A stretch of DNA of 62,968 bases, filler included, from Stramenopiles sp. TOSAG23-2 (Eukaryota): the NCBI GenBank assembly GCA_900128395.1. It is 10 parts of 10 records of this genome, joined end to end, with 100 filler letters (N's around TTAATTAATTAA, not from the genome) between each part and the next. Parts side by side here need not be neighbours in the genome. Positions count along the whole stretch, not along the records: positions 37,965 to 47,281 come from LT650107.1; positions 47,382 to 56,697 come from LT650108.1; positions 56,798 to 58,265 come from LT652838.1; 7 more parts are not named here. The stretch is one strand, 5' to 3'. Under the pieces are notes generated by a model. It saw only the letters and a list, made by a program, of their open reading frames with translations, had not been told where the DNA came from and made no database searches. A program made the position numbers and the translations under genes. Within the stretch, counting starts at the first letter, position 1, and every line of letters starts with the position of its first letter. Shown piece after piece: positions 44,280 to 56,798 of the stretch.

Positions 44280-47223
44280 CTAATGCTTCTTTCCTAAACT
44301 ATATGCGGGAAATAAAATATTCGGGAACTTTTTACTAACTATTACAAATTCATCGAACGAAACGACACCATCACCATCTTTATCTGCTTGTGCCATAATT
44401 GTTTCTGCTTTACGCATAACTTCCTTATCTGAACTAGCCATATGATTTGCTTTTAAAATTTTAATCAATTCTTGTTTCGTAATAACACCATTACCATCTT
44501 CATCAAATACCATAAATGCAAATTTCAATTTTTCCTCTTTACCAGCACCAGTGAAATTGGACAGGCCAATCATAAATTCACGTACATCAATTTGACCTGC
44601 TTTATCTTTATCAAACATTTGGAATAATTTCTCACATTGTGGCGATGGATCGACTTGCATAATTTCACAAAATTCGGTATAATCTATCATACCACTATGA
44701 TCTTTATCAATAGCTTGGAACCTCTTGAAGGCTTTTTTAATTGTTTCCGGCTTGATACTATTTGTATCTGCAAACTCATCTAATGCAGTTTTTCGTTCAT
44801 TTCTTGCTTGTATAACTGGTGATACGCCTGGTGCACCAGATCTTGGACCACCCATTCCTTTTGGACCGCCCATATCATCACCTGCTAATGGTGTTCCTAA
44901 CAATGATAATGGTGGTTTTTTACCACCAGTTACCATCTCGTAAAACTCTTCAAAACTAACTTGACCATCGCCATCTTTATCACACATCCTAATCATTTCA
45001 TCTACTTCTTCGTCGGTTACTTGCTCCCCTATATTAATAAGAACGTGACGTAACTCTGCCGCACCAACGAAATGATTATGATCTAAATCAAATGCATCGA
45101 ATGCTTCTTTAATTTCTTGGTCAGTAAACTTTCCATTTGGATCACGTGGCGCTTCGTATGCAGGTGGTGCATTTGCTCCTCCCTTGCCACCTTTACCCAT
45201 ACCTCCTTTCATTGGACCCCTTGGGCCGCCAGGTGGTGGTGGTGGTGCCATTCCAGCACCAGGTTTTGTAAATTTCACTGATAATTGTACCGAACCAGCA
45301 GGTTTACCTTTTGAGTCTTGAATTTCTAATTCGCCATCAAACGTTCCTTTTGCGATCCATTGCATAATACTAACGGTTGTTTTTCCTATTGGTTTATCTT
45401 TACCCATTGCTTCTTTATCCATTACTTGTATTGATAATTCTTTTTCGTTACTAATATCGAAATCAAATGTATCGCCCCATACTGGTTTTTTACCACCACC
45501 TTGAGCAACTTTCGTTTGCTGTTCTTGTGCACCAACGCGTAACATGCAATATGGATCAGCTTGTCCAACGAACGATGCAGCAGCTAAATTACTTGCACCT
45601 ATACATTTAATCGTTAACCTTCCAAACTTCGCTGCTGAACCAGGTGGACGCATTCCAGGTGCACCTCTTCCTTTGCCTGGTGGTGGCGGCGGTGCGCCGC
45701 GTCCTGGTGGACCTGGTGGTCCACGTTTTCCTGGTGGGCCTGGCGGTCCTCTTCCACGACCAGGTGGACCTGGTGGACCACGTTTACCTGGTGGCCCCGG
45801 CGGCTAATGTGTGATAATTGAAAAATATATTTAATTGGGTTAGTAATTTCGTTCTTCTCTTCTTTTCGTCTGCAATAGTATTATCAAAACTTACTCCTCT
45901 ACCACGTCCCGGTCTACATATATTTTTTGTTATCATTTTACAAATGTGATTATGATGTGTGAGATAATATTCGTTAGTAAAACATGTATCTTGGATTGTG
46001 ATTATTTTTCGGAGAGTAGAGAGATATAAAACTTACGGTCCTGGTGCTCCCCTACCACCGCCTCTTCCTCTTGGTGGACCTGGGGGCTAAATAATTGAAA
46101 AATATATTCGGTTAGTATGTTTTATTTCTTTTGATTTAAATTTTTTAATGGCACAACTTACTCCTCTTCCGCCTCTTCCGCGACCTGGGGGCCCTGGGGC
46201 ACCACGTCCCCTACCCGGCTATACAAAAATACGCGCAACCAAATTGTTATTGTTAATTGATATGTTCAAAATTAAAGATTGAAATAGAGTTCATTTGAAG
46301 ATGATTTCACTTACCGGGCCTCTTCCACCTCGTGCTGGTGGCTAAATGAATATAAATTTGAAAATGATTGTTAGAAATTTTGATGTGTTTGAAAACTAAA
46401 ATCGAAATATTTCGATTTAGAATCTTTGTAATTGACTTGACGTTAGAAAAACAATGACTGCAATTCATTACTTACTCCACGTCCCGGCTATGATTTTTAT
46501 AGATTGTACAATGTGTGTGTGTGTTATCGTTAGTGATTTATATATTCTCAATTCGAAAGGAACATGTGATTTTAAACTTACAGGTCCACGGCCCCTTGGC
46601 TATGAGTTTTTATTCATTTTACAATGTGTATATATATATCATCGTATGATATGAGTTAGTGACTTGTTATCTCGATTGTGCAAATGTAGATTCGTATATA
46701 AAACTTACCGGCCCACGTCCAGGCTATAAATTTTATTTATTATATGATGTTTGTGTGTGTATTATCGTTAGTGGTTTATATTCTCAATTCAAAAGGAACA
46801 TGTGATTTTAAACTTACGGGTCCACGGCCCCTTGGCTATGAATTTTTATTCATTGTACAATGTGTATATATATATTAACGTTAGTGATGAAATTTCATAT
46901 TAAGAAAATGCATACGTTTCCTTCCATAAACGTGTATAAGTGGATTTTAAACTTACTGGTCCTCTTGGGGCGCCTCGTCCTCTTGGCGGCGGCTGTTTAA
47001 TGTATTTTTACGTTTGTTAGTGATTACCAGTCTACAATTTTTTTTGTAATTTCAATGTATACATATATATATATATATATATAACGTTGTATCATCGTTT
47101 TCATAATTTTTAAATGAAAACGCTTGAACATAAATATAATCTACCATTTTCATATATAAATGGTTTCGATTTCATCATGTATGTATTGCATATGTGTGTG
47201 TTAACTTACGCCTCGACCCGGTG
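44280..47223 (-). CDS. C2-domain + calmodulin-like/calcineurin-B-like EF-hand protein with a multi-microexon Pro/Arg/Gly-rich N-terminus (5'-truncated). Exons: 47223-47210, 46992-46957, 46835-46818, 46723-46709, 46599-46582, 46487-46476, 46341-46315, 46218-46162, 46086-46037, 45913-45895, 45803-44280
   Basis: C2: [32 protein letters not shown] loops: [72 protein letters not shown]. All 10 complete introns are GTAAGT..YAG and the spliced frame is continuous. Confidence 0.9.
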
Positions 47224-47381
47224 CTGAAATTGTAACATGAGAAATAAATAAATACATGGTGTTAGTAAATTTTTTCACAGCNNNNNNNNNNNNNNNNNNN
47301 NNNNNNNNNNNNNNNNNNNNNNNNNTTAATTAATTAANNNNNNNNNNNNNNNNNNNNNNNNNNNNNNNNNNNNNNNNNNNN

Positions 47382-47953
47382 TCTTCACGTAGTTGGTATA
47401 ATTTTACTCTCCACGTCCTATTATTTATGTCTATAGTATCAGTCATATCTACATCTTCATCTTCTAAAAAAGCTTCTCCATTCTCGTCGTTTTCACCATT
47501 AGCTGGCTTCTTATTATCGTCAGTAGCATCATTAGTATAATTTTCACCATTGTTACGATCATCGTTATGATTGTGATTATTGTTGTCACTGTTGTTGTTG
47601 TTACTGTTGTTGTTATTATCCGACGAAGAATCACTGTTTTCCTTGCTACTATTATTGTTACTATTATTGTTATTATTATTATCACCATCATCACTATCGT
47701 TATTAGAGGGAAGCTTGCTTTCACTTTCCATATTATTATGTTCCTTTTCCTGTTGCTCAATCCCTGCTTCACCTTCATCATTGACTTTCTCCTTATTATT
47801 GTCAATAGCTACTTCATTGTTATCATCATCTAAAGCATCGTTTAATACTTTGTTATTATTATCATAACTATTATCCATATCTCCGCGTCCATTTATTGAT
47901 GAAGCGCGATATAGGGAGTTGGCATTCTCCTCTTGTCCCGCATTACCATCCAT
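47382..47953 (-). CDS. 5' part of probable PP4 regulatory subunit 3 (SMEK/Psy2) with Asn/Asp-rich N-terminal extension; truncated by contig end
   Basis: Low-complexity leader followed by RTWRVKLYQLRE, matching the RVK(V/L)Y.L start of the PP4R3 EVH1-like domain. Only about 10 informative residues are visible. Confidence 0.55.
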
Positions 47954-48636
47954 CTCTCTCTGTTTTTTAATTTTCTTATTAATCGATGTAATGTAAGGTG
48001 GATAATATGTATATAAAACTATAATATCTCCGCGAAGATATATATATTATTAGATAGAGTACATATGGATTCTTACTGGCAATATCACGACTTGAAATGA
48101 ATAAATTATTTATTTCTAAAATAGATAGATTGATTCAATTTAAAAAAAAATAATAATGAGATCGAGATGATTATTTTGATGGATTGACAAGTAACCAAAC
48201 TTTCCCTCGACTAAACATAGGAATAGTATTAGAGCTACTGTAGAATATATTGCAAAATGGAGCACGAGGATTAAGATGATGATTACACCAGGGATTGATC
48301 AAACAAAAAATAGGTGGTGATTTCGTCAAGCCTTGGGCAAGGGGATTTAGATTGTGGTGTGTGGTGAGAGGGAGTTACAAATTAGGGTTATTCATTTACG
48401 GTTGGAAAAAATCTTCTTTTTTTTTCGAGACAAAAATTATTTATACAAAAAAAGGAAATTCGTTACAAATATATATAATATATACAATACATGTCCTTTC
48501 ACGTCAGTACAGTGTCTATTGAGTGTTTTTTTTAAAAATAAATTCCAGGAAAGAATATGTACCTTCAGGATAGAACTTTTAATTTTTAATTGTGAAGACA
48601 TCGTTGTACAAAGTTTTACACAGTAATATATTAAAA

Positions 48637-49756
48637 ATGGAGGAAGATAATTATAATGATAATAATAATGATAATCAACAACAACGTATTAAAGCGGATA
48701 AATTTTTTGCTAAAGCATACCATAATCGAGCATGTTGCCTTGCATTGTTACGTCAATCTAAAAAAGCAGCAGGTGATATGACAAAAGCAATCGAAATTTT
48801 TAATCAAGAATCTACATTACATCGAAGATATGAAACTGGAAATTTTTGCATTGTTACGTCAATCTAAAAAAGCAGCAGGTGATATGACAAAAGCAATCGA
48901 AATTTTTAATCAAGAATCTACATTACATCGAAGATATGAAACTGGAAATTTTAAAGTAAATAATCAAACAAACAGTAATAATAATAATGCAAATGGAGAA
49001 AATGGAGAATCCATGCTAAGTGATGATAGTGAGGAAGAGGAAGAAAAAGTAGCAGATCTGGAAGATGAGGACGAAGACACTTTTGAAGAAAAACTTTACA
49101 ATAATGACAAAGATGAAGAAGATGGAGAAAGAGATACACGATTAAGAGTTGGAAAAAACTCGCAAGACATTTATGATGATGATAATGAGGAAGATAGCGA
49201 CGATGATGAAAGCAAAGAAGAAGCATTAGCAAAATGGAAACAATTACAATTAATACAAAAAGCATGTGATCGATTACATAGAATTGGAACAAAAAAATCA
49301 TCACGACATAACTTTTTACGCTCATTAAAAGCTAGACAATTAATTTATGAAAAACGTGTTGAAATAGAAGAATCTGAAAACGATCGTGAAATGATTGATC
49401 GGGTTACTATTGAAATGGAGGAACTTGGTGAATTTGACGATGATTCTGATGAGGATAATAATAGTGATGATGAAGATGCTAATGAAAAAAGCAACAAGAC
49501 GAAAACCTCGAAGAATAATGGTAAACAGAAAAAGAAGAAGAAAAAAACATCTTCATTTGATAATGGTGGTGAAGCGATGATCGGCATGAACAATAATAAC
49601 AACAATCAAGCAAACAATGCACAACAAACATCTTCATTTGATAATGGTGGTGAAGCGATGATCGGCATGAACAATAATAACAACAATCAAGCAAACAATG
49701 CACAACAAATGATTGGTAAAGCAGGTAGCCTTGTAGTAAAGCGAAGGAAACGATGA
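48637..49756 (+). CDS. TPR-like, acidic hypothetical protein; frame broken by a perfect 106-bp duplication
   Basis: AKAYHNRACCLALLRQSKKAAGDMTKAIEI is a TPR consensus. Removing one duplicated copy (48742/48848) restores a single frame. Confidence 0.65.
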
Positions 49757-49997
49757 TAGAATATTGTGTGCGTGTTCGTATTTTTTTTTTGTAAAATTAT
49801 GGTGTGTTATACGTACTTTGGGGTATGATATGATATTTAATAAAAAAAATATCATGTATTTTTTTTATGTTAGTGTTTACTCCTCCATCATTGCTAATTC
49901 ACGTATCTCACCTAATGATTCTTTAATCGTTTCAATATAATCACCAGTATGTGTATCTGCTGCATCATGATAACTTGTTATACAGATAGGTTAGTGT

Positions 49998-52157
49998 TTA
50001 CTCCTCCATCATTGCTAATTCACGTATCTCACCTAATGATTCTTTAATCGTTTCAATATAATCACCAGTATGTGTATCTGCTGCATCATGATAACTTGTT
50101 ATACAGATAGGTATGGTGTCTTGCAAAATTTGATATCCAATACCATATCCATTAGCACTAGTTGCACCAAAACCAAAAATGCTTAATTCTGGTGATGTTA
50201 CATTACTTGATGAAATTAAAAAATCAGAACTATAACCATACATTGGATTATTAAAAATTGGTATTGAATCTGCTGTACCTTCCTCTGCAGCAACAATTTT
50301 CATTGCCATTAAATGACGATCGACACCATTTCCAACAACTGCTTCTTTTGCCAATTCAACATGTCGATTTGCGGCTACATACATCATTTCCCTAGATTTC
50401 ACTTTATCAACATTATTTCCAATCATTGACGATGTAAAATCATACATAGCATCGCTTGAGCTTCTTATTGTTTCTGTACGCCCGCGAAAATAACCACGTG
50501 TTGAACATGATTCATACACAGGTGCTGGTTTACCATGCATCTTTAAATATGATAATTGAAATGCAATTTGTCCCACTGCATCTGGGCTCATTTTCATTTT
50601 TTTAATATCCGTTTTACCATAATCAGAAAATATCATTGATTTCAAATCTATATTTTCACATGTTTTCAACCATTCACTTGATGCGGTGCTCAATTCATTT
50701 TTTAATGCATCATCTAAAACAAATGATAAAAGTTGTGAACTTGCACCGTTGAAATTTCCTAATGCAGGCATAGGACCATACGCAGATGTTTCACCATTGC
50801 TATGCATATCATGCCATATTTCATGCACCATTCTGTTCCACGTCGTACCATCAGAATGTGAATGTTCGAAATTCATCCCAATCGTCCCATCGCTATGTAC
50901 AATGACTTGATGTTTATCAAACCATCGATTTTCACCTAATAACATATCTGTAGATTTTTCATCCATCGATGAACCAGCATTCATATTCATATTGATAAAC
51001 AATAACGCCTCATCAATATCATTCAATGCAGCAACATTATCAGGTGAGATACATTCCAAATGACTACGCGTATTTGCCCATTTTGTCCTTTCCATAGTAG
51101 TAAAATTTCCAATTGCATTATCGCTACTACTACTTGATAAACAATAACGCCTCATCAATATCATTCAATGCAGCAACATTATCAGGTGAGATACTTTCCA
51201 AATGACTACGCGTATTTGCCCATTTTGTCCTTTCCATAGTAGTAAAATTTCCAATTGCATTATCGCTACTACTACTGCTTGCAACTATATTTTCAATTTG
51301 TTGAATTAAATCATTTACGTCCAGCACATTGTTGTTGGAATCAAGTACGGTTAACTTATAATACCCACCAGACGATTCAAATACAACATGTTTGGATCCA
51401 GGGGTTTCTTTTAAATCATCACGTTCCACACCTGGTATACGAGCAGTACCCATTTGCTGTCCAGCACATTGTTGTTGGAATCAAGTACGGTTAACTTATA
51501 ATACCCACCATTCGATTCAAATACAACATGTTTGGATCCAGGGGTTTCTTTTAAATCATCACGTTCCACACCTGGTATACGAGCAGTACCCATTTGCTTA
51601 CCAAGATTACAAACACATGCTGGTCTTGGTTCGTCAGCAAGTGTATTGCTGAGCAAAGATGTTTGCCATTTCATAGCAGAATGTATAAAATATGCGATTC
51701 TTGTACATGGATTTTGTAACTCTGGTTTATCATGCGCTTTCAATATGTAAAAGGGATTGATATTGATCGGATTTGGGCATCTTGCTGCTAAATAACCATC
51801 ATCCCACGCTTCCTCGAAATAAAATGCTGGTCCATTTTCACCAAGGCTAGCAAACTGCTCGTCTTTTTGTAATACTTTTTGATGCAAATCAGGACCAACC
51901 GTTTTGTTAAAATCATTTACTTCATTTAATATCGTTTCATATTGTTCTCCAGAAGTGCATAAATGTTTCACACTTCTCAAATAGCGTGTACAGGTATCAT
52001 CCAACGATGGTATTGGCAATCGTGGCAAATCTTGATGATTTGTTTTAAACAAAGTATCAAATTGATAATTAGTACTAGCAGTCGTTACTGTAAATTGCCT
52101 TTTTAATATTTTATTTGCAGTATAAATGGCAATACGTTTATTTGATAATTTGAACAT
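49998..52157 (-). CDS. Carnitine O-acyltransferase (CPT2/CRAT-like, mitochondrial presequence); frame broken by 140- and 142-bp perfect duplications
   Basis: LPRLPIPSLDDTCTRYL, TARIPG..RD, NRWFDK, FEHSHSDG (catalytic His), SPDAVGQIAFQL, YESCSTRGYFRGRTETIRS, GVDRHL, GYGIGY. Confidence 0.9.
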
Positions 52158-52659
52158 GATGTAATAATAACAATAATAATAAAAAAATATTAAATTTGAT
52201 GGTATATATTTTTTACTTTTTCACTTACTTCGGGGAAAAAATACGTGTATGAATTTGAACATGATGTAATAATAACAATAATAATAAAAAAATATTAAAT
52301 TTGATGGTATATATTTTTTACTTTTTCACTTACTTCGGGGAAAAAATACGTGTATGAATATATATATATATATATATATATATAGATTATAATACTACAA
52401 CAATTTAATTAATATATATAAATAAATATATTACCGTGTCAAAAAAAATAAAAAATGAAAAATGTACGATAAGATATGTATGTACAATATAATATAAAAG
52501 TACATACATGAGATAACAACAATATACATATCTTTTTCTAATAAAATTGATTTTTTTTTTACGAGGCGGTTTGCTGGTGGTGGTTTGCACGTTTGCCACA
52601 GTTTGAGGCAGTTTCGTAGAATTTAATGCTGTGTGCCTGTATTTCAGTGTGGCATATTA

Positions 52660-52681
52660 CCCTAACCCTAACCCCAACCCT
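52660..52681 (+). repeat. Interstitial telomere-like repeat CCCTAA CCCTAA CCCCAA CCCT
   Basis: Read directly; lies in a locally GC-rich island between divergent genes. Confidence 0.75.
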
Positions 52682-53455
52682 TTCCGCGCGGGGTGGACTG
52701 AATTTGTGTTGCTTGATCTCTATTTTTCTTTATATTATCGCGGCGCGTGCTCTCAGCTCTCAGGTCTTGAAAATATTATTTTTCATATTGGAATTTTAGG
52801 ACTTCAATATTTTTAATATTTTTTTACTTGCTACTCCTGGGGCTCATGGGTTTTAGTATTATAGCTGGCTGCTACGACTAAGCGATATATTTAAATGAAA
52901 TAAATATACATGTTTTATAAAATGGATAAAATAGTTCTAGATTAAACATTTTGGGATTATTAGTAAAAAGGTACAATATATATAATATTTCTCTTACTCA
53001 TATTTATATAAATTTCTTTATTATATATATATAAGTATATAAGTATATAAGTGATATATATATAAAAGTGTGAAAAAGACACAAACGTATTATAATAACT
53101 TATACAAAATTATTATATTGTTACCACTGAAAATAATCAAAAATAAAACATCAAATTTCTTTACAATATATTAGATATATATATATAAGTATATATATAA
53201 TAAAAGTGTGAAAAAGACACAAACGTATTATAATAACTTATACAAAATTATTATATTGTTACCACTGAAAATAATCAAAAATAAAACATCAAATTTCTTT
53301 ACAATATATTAGATATATATATATAAGTATATATATAATAAAAGTGTGAAAAAGACACAAACGTATTATAATAACTTATACAAAATTATTATATTGTTAC
53401 CACTGAAAATAATCAAAAATAAAACATCAACGAAAAAAATTAGCACAATAGTACC

Positions 53456-54995
53456 ATGGCGCACATTGATTTAACTGCAGATGCAATGTCAGAAAAAGAG
53501 TTTCTTGCATTAAAAGAAAAGTTATGGCATTTTATGCATACAAGTATTTATCCAAACGAAAAATTATTTCATGAACAATCAGAACATATTGGTTTGAGTG
53601 GAAATGAATGGACACATGCGCCTATCTTAGTCGTTTCTTGCATTAAAAGAAAAGTTATGGCATTTTATGCATACAAGTATTTATCCAAACGAAAAATTAT
53701 TTCATGAACAATCAGAACATATTGGTTTGAGTGGAAATGAATGGACACATGCGCCTATCTTAGTCGAATTGAAACGTAAAGCGAAGGCACTTGGATTATG
53801 GAATATGTTCTTACCAGTAGATTCTGCTGCTGTTGCAAGTACAAATCTTGGCGCTGGCTTAACAAATAGGCAATATGGTGAGATTTGTGAAATTTTAGGA
53901 ACCTCAGTTCCAGCTGAGTTTGCATCTCAAGCAACTAACTGTACTAGTCCTGATACTGGCAATATGGAAGTTCTTGCACGTTATGGAACAATTGCACAAA
54001 GACAAAGGTGGTTAAAGCCATTATTGGAAGGCACAATCCGTTCTGCATATGCTATGACAGAACCAGGTAATGATAATGGATTAGGTTCTTCCGATGCAAC
54101 CAATATGAGTATTAAAGTAACACGGGATGAAGCTACCAAAGAATATGTTATTAACGGATCGAAATGGTGGATTACAGGCGCTGGGTCATTGCATTGTAAA
54201 ATAATGATTTTAATGGGAAAAACCAACCCAGAAGCAGCAAGACATTCAACCACAAGCCAAATTTTAGTCCCGATGGATACTCCTGGTATCACATTGTTAA
54301 GACCAATGCAAGCATTGGGTGATGTAGATGCACCTAAAGGCCATTTCGAAATTGTTTTTGAAAATTGTCGCGTACCATTTGAGAATGTAATTTTAGGCGA
54401 AGGGCGTGGTTTTGAAATTTCCCAAGGAAGACTTGGTCCTGGGCGTATTCATCATTGCATGCGTATGATTGGCCAAAGTGAACGATGTTTAGCTGCTATG
54501 TGCGAGCGGGTAAAAAATCGCACGGTATTTGGAAGAAAATTATCACGATTTGATAATGTCATGAATGATGTTGCTCAAATGAGAGCAAAGATTGAAATGT
54601 GTCGGCTTTTAGTACACAAAGCTGCGGATAATATGGATCATTTAGGAAACAAAGACCCGGCAACAAGGCAATTATTGTCTATGGTAAAAGCACATGTACC
54701 AAAAACCGTTGGTGAGATTGTTGATCAATGTATGCAAGCTCATGGTGCTAAAGGATTGTCTCAAGATACACCATTATTTACTGCATGGTCTAGTACAAGG
54801 ACATTAAGAATGGCAGATGGCCCAGATGAAGTTCATTGGCGTACAGCTGGTCGTATTGAATTACAAATGCAAGATTCAAACCCTTTACGAAAATATGGTG
54901 AATACAAAGTAAATCGTTCACAAGTATGGAGACGTTCAACTGATCCAATCAGCGATAAAACGAAAAAAATACTAGAAGATTACAGTAGGTTGTAA
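53456..54995 (+). CDS. Acyl-CoA dehydrogenase, ACAD10/11-like (stand-alone), peroxisomal PTS1 (SRL); frame broken by a 133-bp perfect duplication
   Basis: KAKALGLWNMFLP, NCTSPDTGNMEVL, AMTEP..SSDATN, INGSKWWITGAG, GRGFEISQGRLGPGRIHHCMR, ADGPDEVH; C-terminal SRL. Confidence 0.92.
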
Positions 54996-55031
54996 AGCAA
55001 TAGTAGGAAAAAGTGCGTGTAAAATGTGTAT

Positions 55032-56697
55032 TTAAAGTGCTTTCATTGGACTGGAAGCTGCACCTTCATCCTCTTTTAAATCTTCAATCTTTTGAAGCAG
55101 TATTGCATCATTGTCAAAATCATCAATAATTTCCAAATCAATATCTTCTAATTCGTCTCCTTTGATATTATTAAATGAAGTGGGACGATGATCTTGCTTT
55201 GAGCGTTCATTTTTATCTTCTTTTGAAGCAATATGAATATCACCTTTTTTTGGTTCATTTTTCTTTTCATTCTCACCAGAAACAATCACGCGACTGTTAC
55301 TTATTGATTCTGGTGATGATGGTACAAGAGATTTTTCTAGAACTTTTCTGTTTGCTTCAAAGTCGCTTGCTCGTTTAGCAGAACTTATATTTAATTTATC
55401 TCGAATAGGACGAAGAATAGATTCCTCAGTATCTTTTATATTATGTTCTAGACAAAACTGTTTAGCCACTTCATCTGATGATTGACCTTCATTAACTTTT
55501 ATACTATGTTTCTTATTCGTGCCAGGAATAACTAATTCAATCTCAAAAGATTCACCATCTTCATTTTTAGAGCCTTTGTCACTATCAGTGGGTACACCTG
55601 GGATATTACTATTAAGAGCATCATTGTGTAGACCCTTTGCTTTGCCTACCACTTTACAATCGTTAGATTCGGTGCTTTTTAAGTCACTTGGTTCCTTGAT
55701 AGTATCTTCTTTTATGCCTATAATAGCGTGCGTTACAATAGACCCTTCTGTAGCCTTAGACTCTTTTGGAAAGGATTCTGCCGTTACATTTTCTTTTTTT
55801 GCTTCTATAGTAGATGTAATTGATGTAGCTGAAGATTCTTTAGTTACCGCTGTCGAATCATTTGAAACTAAATTTGTTGCTGTTTTATTATCTTTTACCA
55901 ACACACTTGTTGATACTTGTTTTATTGATTCTTCTATTGTTGGTATTGGTGCTTCTGTAGTCTTCATTTTATCTGCTTCTTTCACTTTCGTGTCAGACCC
56001 TTGTTTTGCTATTATGTCAGTAGATACTTTTGACACAGAATCTTCCTTTATATCTACAGTCTTAGTTGTTGTAGCAGGTGATGATATTATTACATCATTT
56101 TTTTCTTTTGTAGTGCTGGTAGATTTTTTTGACATAGAATCTTGCTGCATCTCTTCGACTTCCGTATCATATTCTTGTTTTGCTATTATATCAGTAGATT
56201 CTTTTAATACAGAATCTTCTGTGGCATTTACTGTCTTGGTTGCTGTACCAGGTGATGATAGTGTTATATCTTTTTCATCTTCTGTTATGTTACTAGATTC
56301 TTTTGATACTGATTCAGTTATTTTTTCATTACCTTCTTCGTCTATTTCAATGATAGATTCTTTTGTAACTGTTAAATCATTTGAAGATTATCTTTTTCAT
56401 CTTCTGTTATGTTACTAGATTCTTTTGATACTGATTCAGTTATTTTTTCATTACCTTCTTCGTCTATTTCAATGATAGATTCTTTTGTAACTGTTAAATC
56501 ATTTGAAGATTCATTAGTAACCACAACTGTTGCAGATCCTTTTATGGATACAGGTTCTTCATGTTGTATTTCTTGATCGATGGTAGCCTCATTTGTAGTT
56601 GGTTCTATTGATACAGGTTCTTCTTGTTGCATTTCTTGATCGATGGTAGCCTCATTTGTAGCTGATTCTATTGATACAGGTTCTTCTTCTTCCTCTT
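55032..56697 (-). CDS. 3' part of a low-complexity Ser/Thr/Glu/Lys-rich protein with diverged 63-nt (21-aa) repeats; broken by a 122-bp duplication and 5'-truncated
   Basis: ORFs 55032..56150 and 56372..56632 join once the duplicate is removed; EEPVSIE..TNEATIDQE repeats at 56547-56690. Confidence 0.65.
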
Positions 56698-56798
56698 NNN
56701 NNNNNNNNNNNNNNNNNNNNNNNNNNNNNNNNNNNNNNNNNTTAATTAATTAANNNNNNNNNNNNNNNNNNNNNNNNNNNNNNNNNNNNNNNNNNNNT

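Noticed and set aside
46399-46418. Perfect 20-bp palindrome AAATCGAAATATTTCGATTT inside a microexon-array intron
   Set aside because: Single AT-rich instance not repeated in the sister introns; no support for function.
49998-54995. Carnitine acyltransferase and ACAD as pseudogenes
   Set aside because: The only lesions are perfect short duplications; catalytic motifs are intact and frames are restored by removing one copy.
55519-56418. 299-aa plus-strand ORF and the many other antisense ORFs (e.g. 13293..13832, 26711..27157, 33799..34254, 45544..45807)
   Set aside because: They are shadows of well-supported genes on the opposite strand and show no recognisable motifs.
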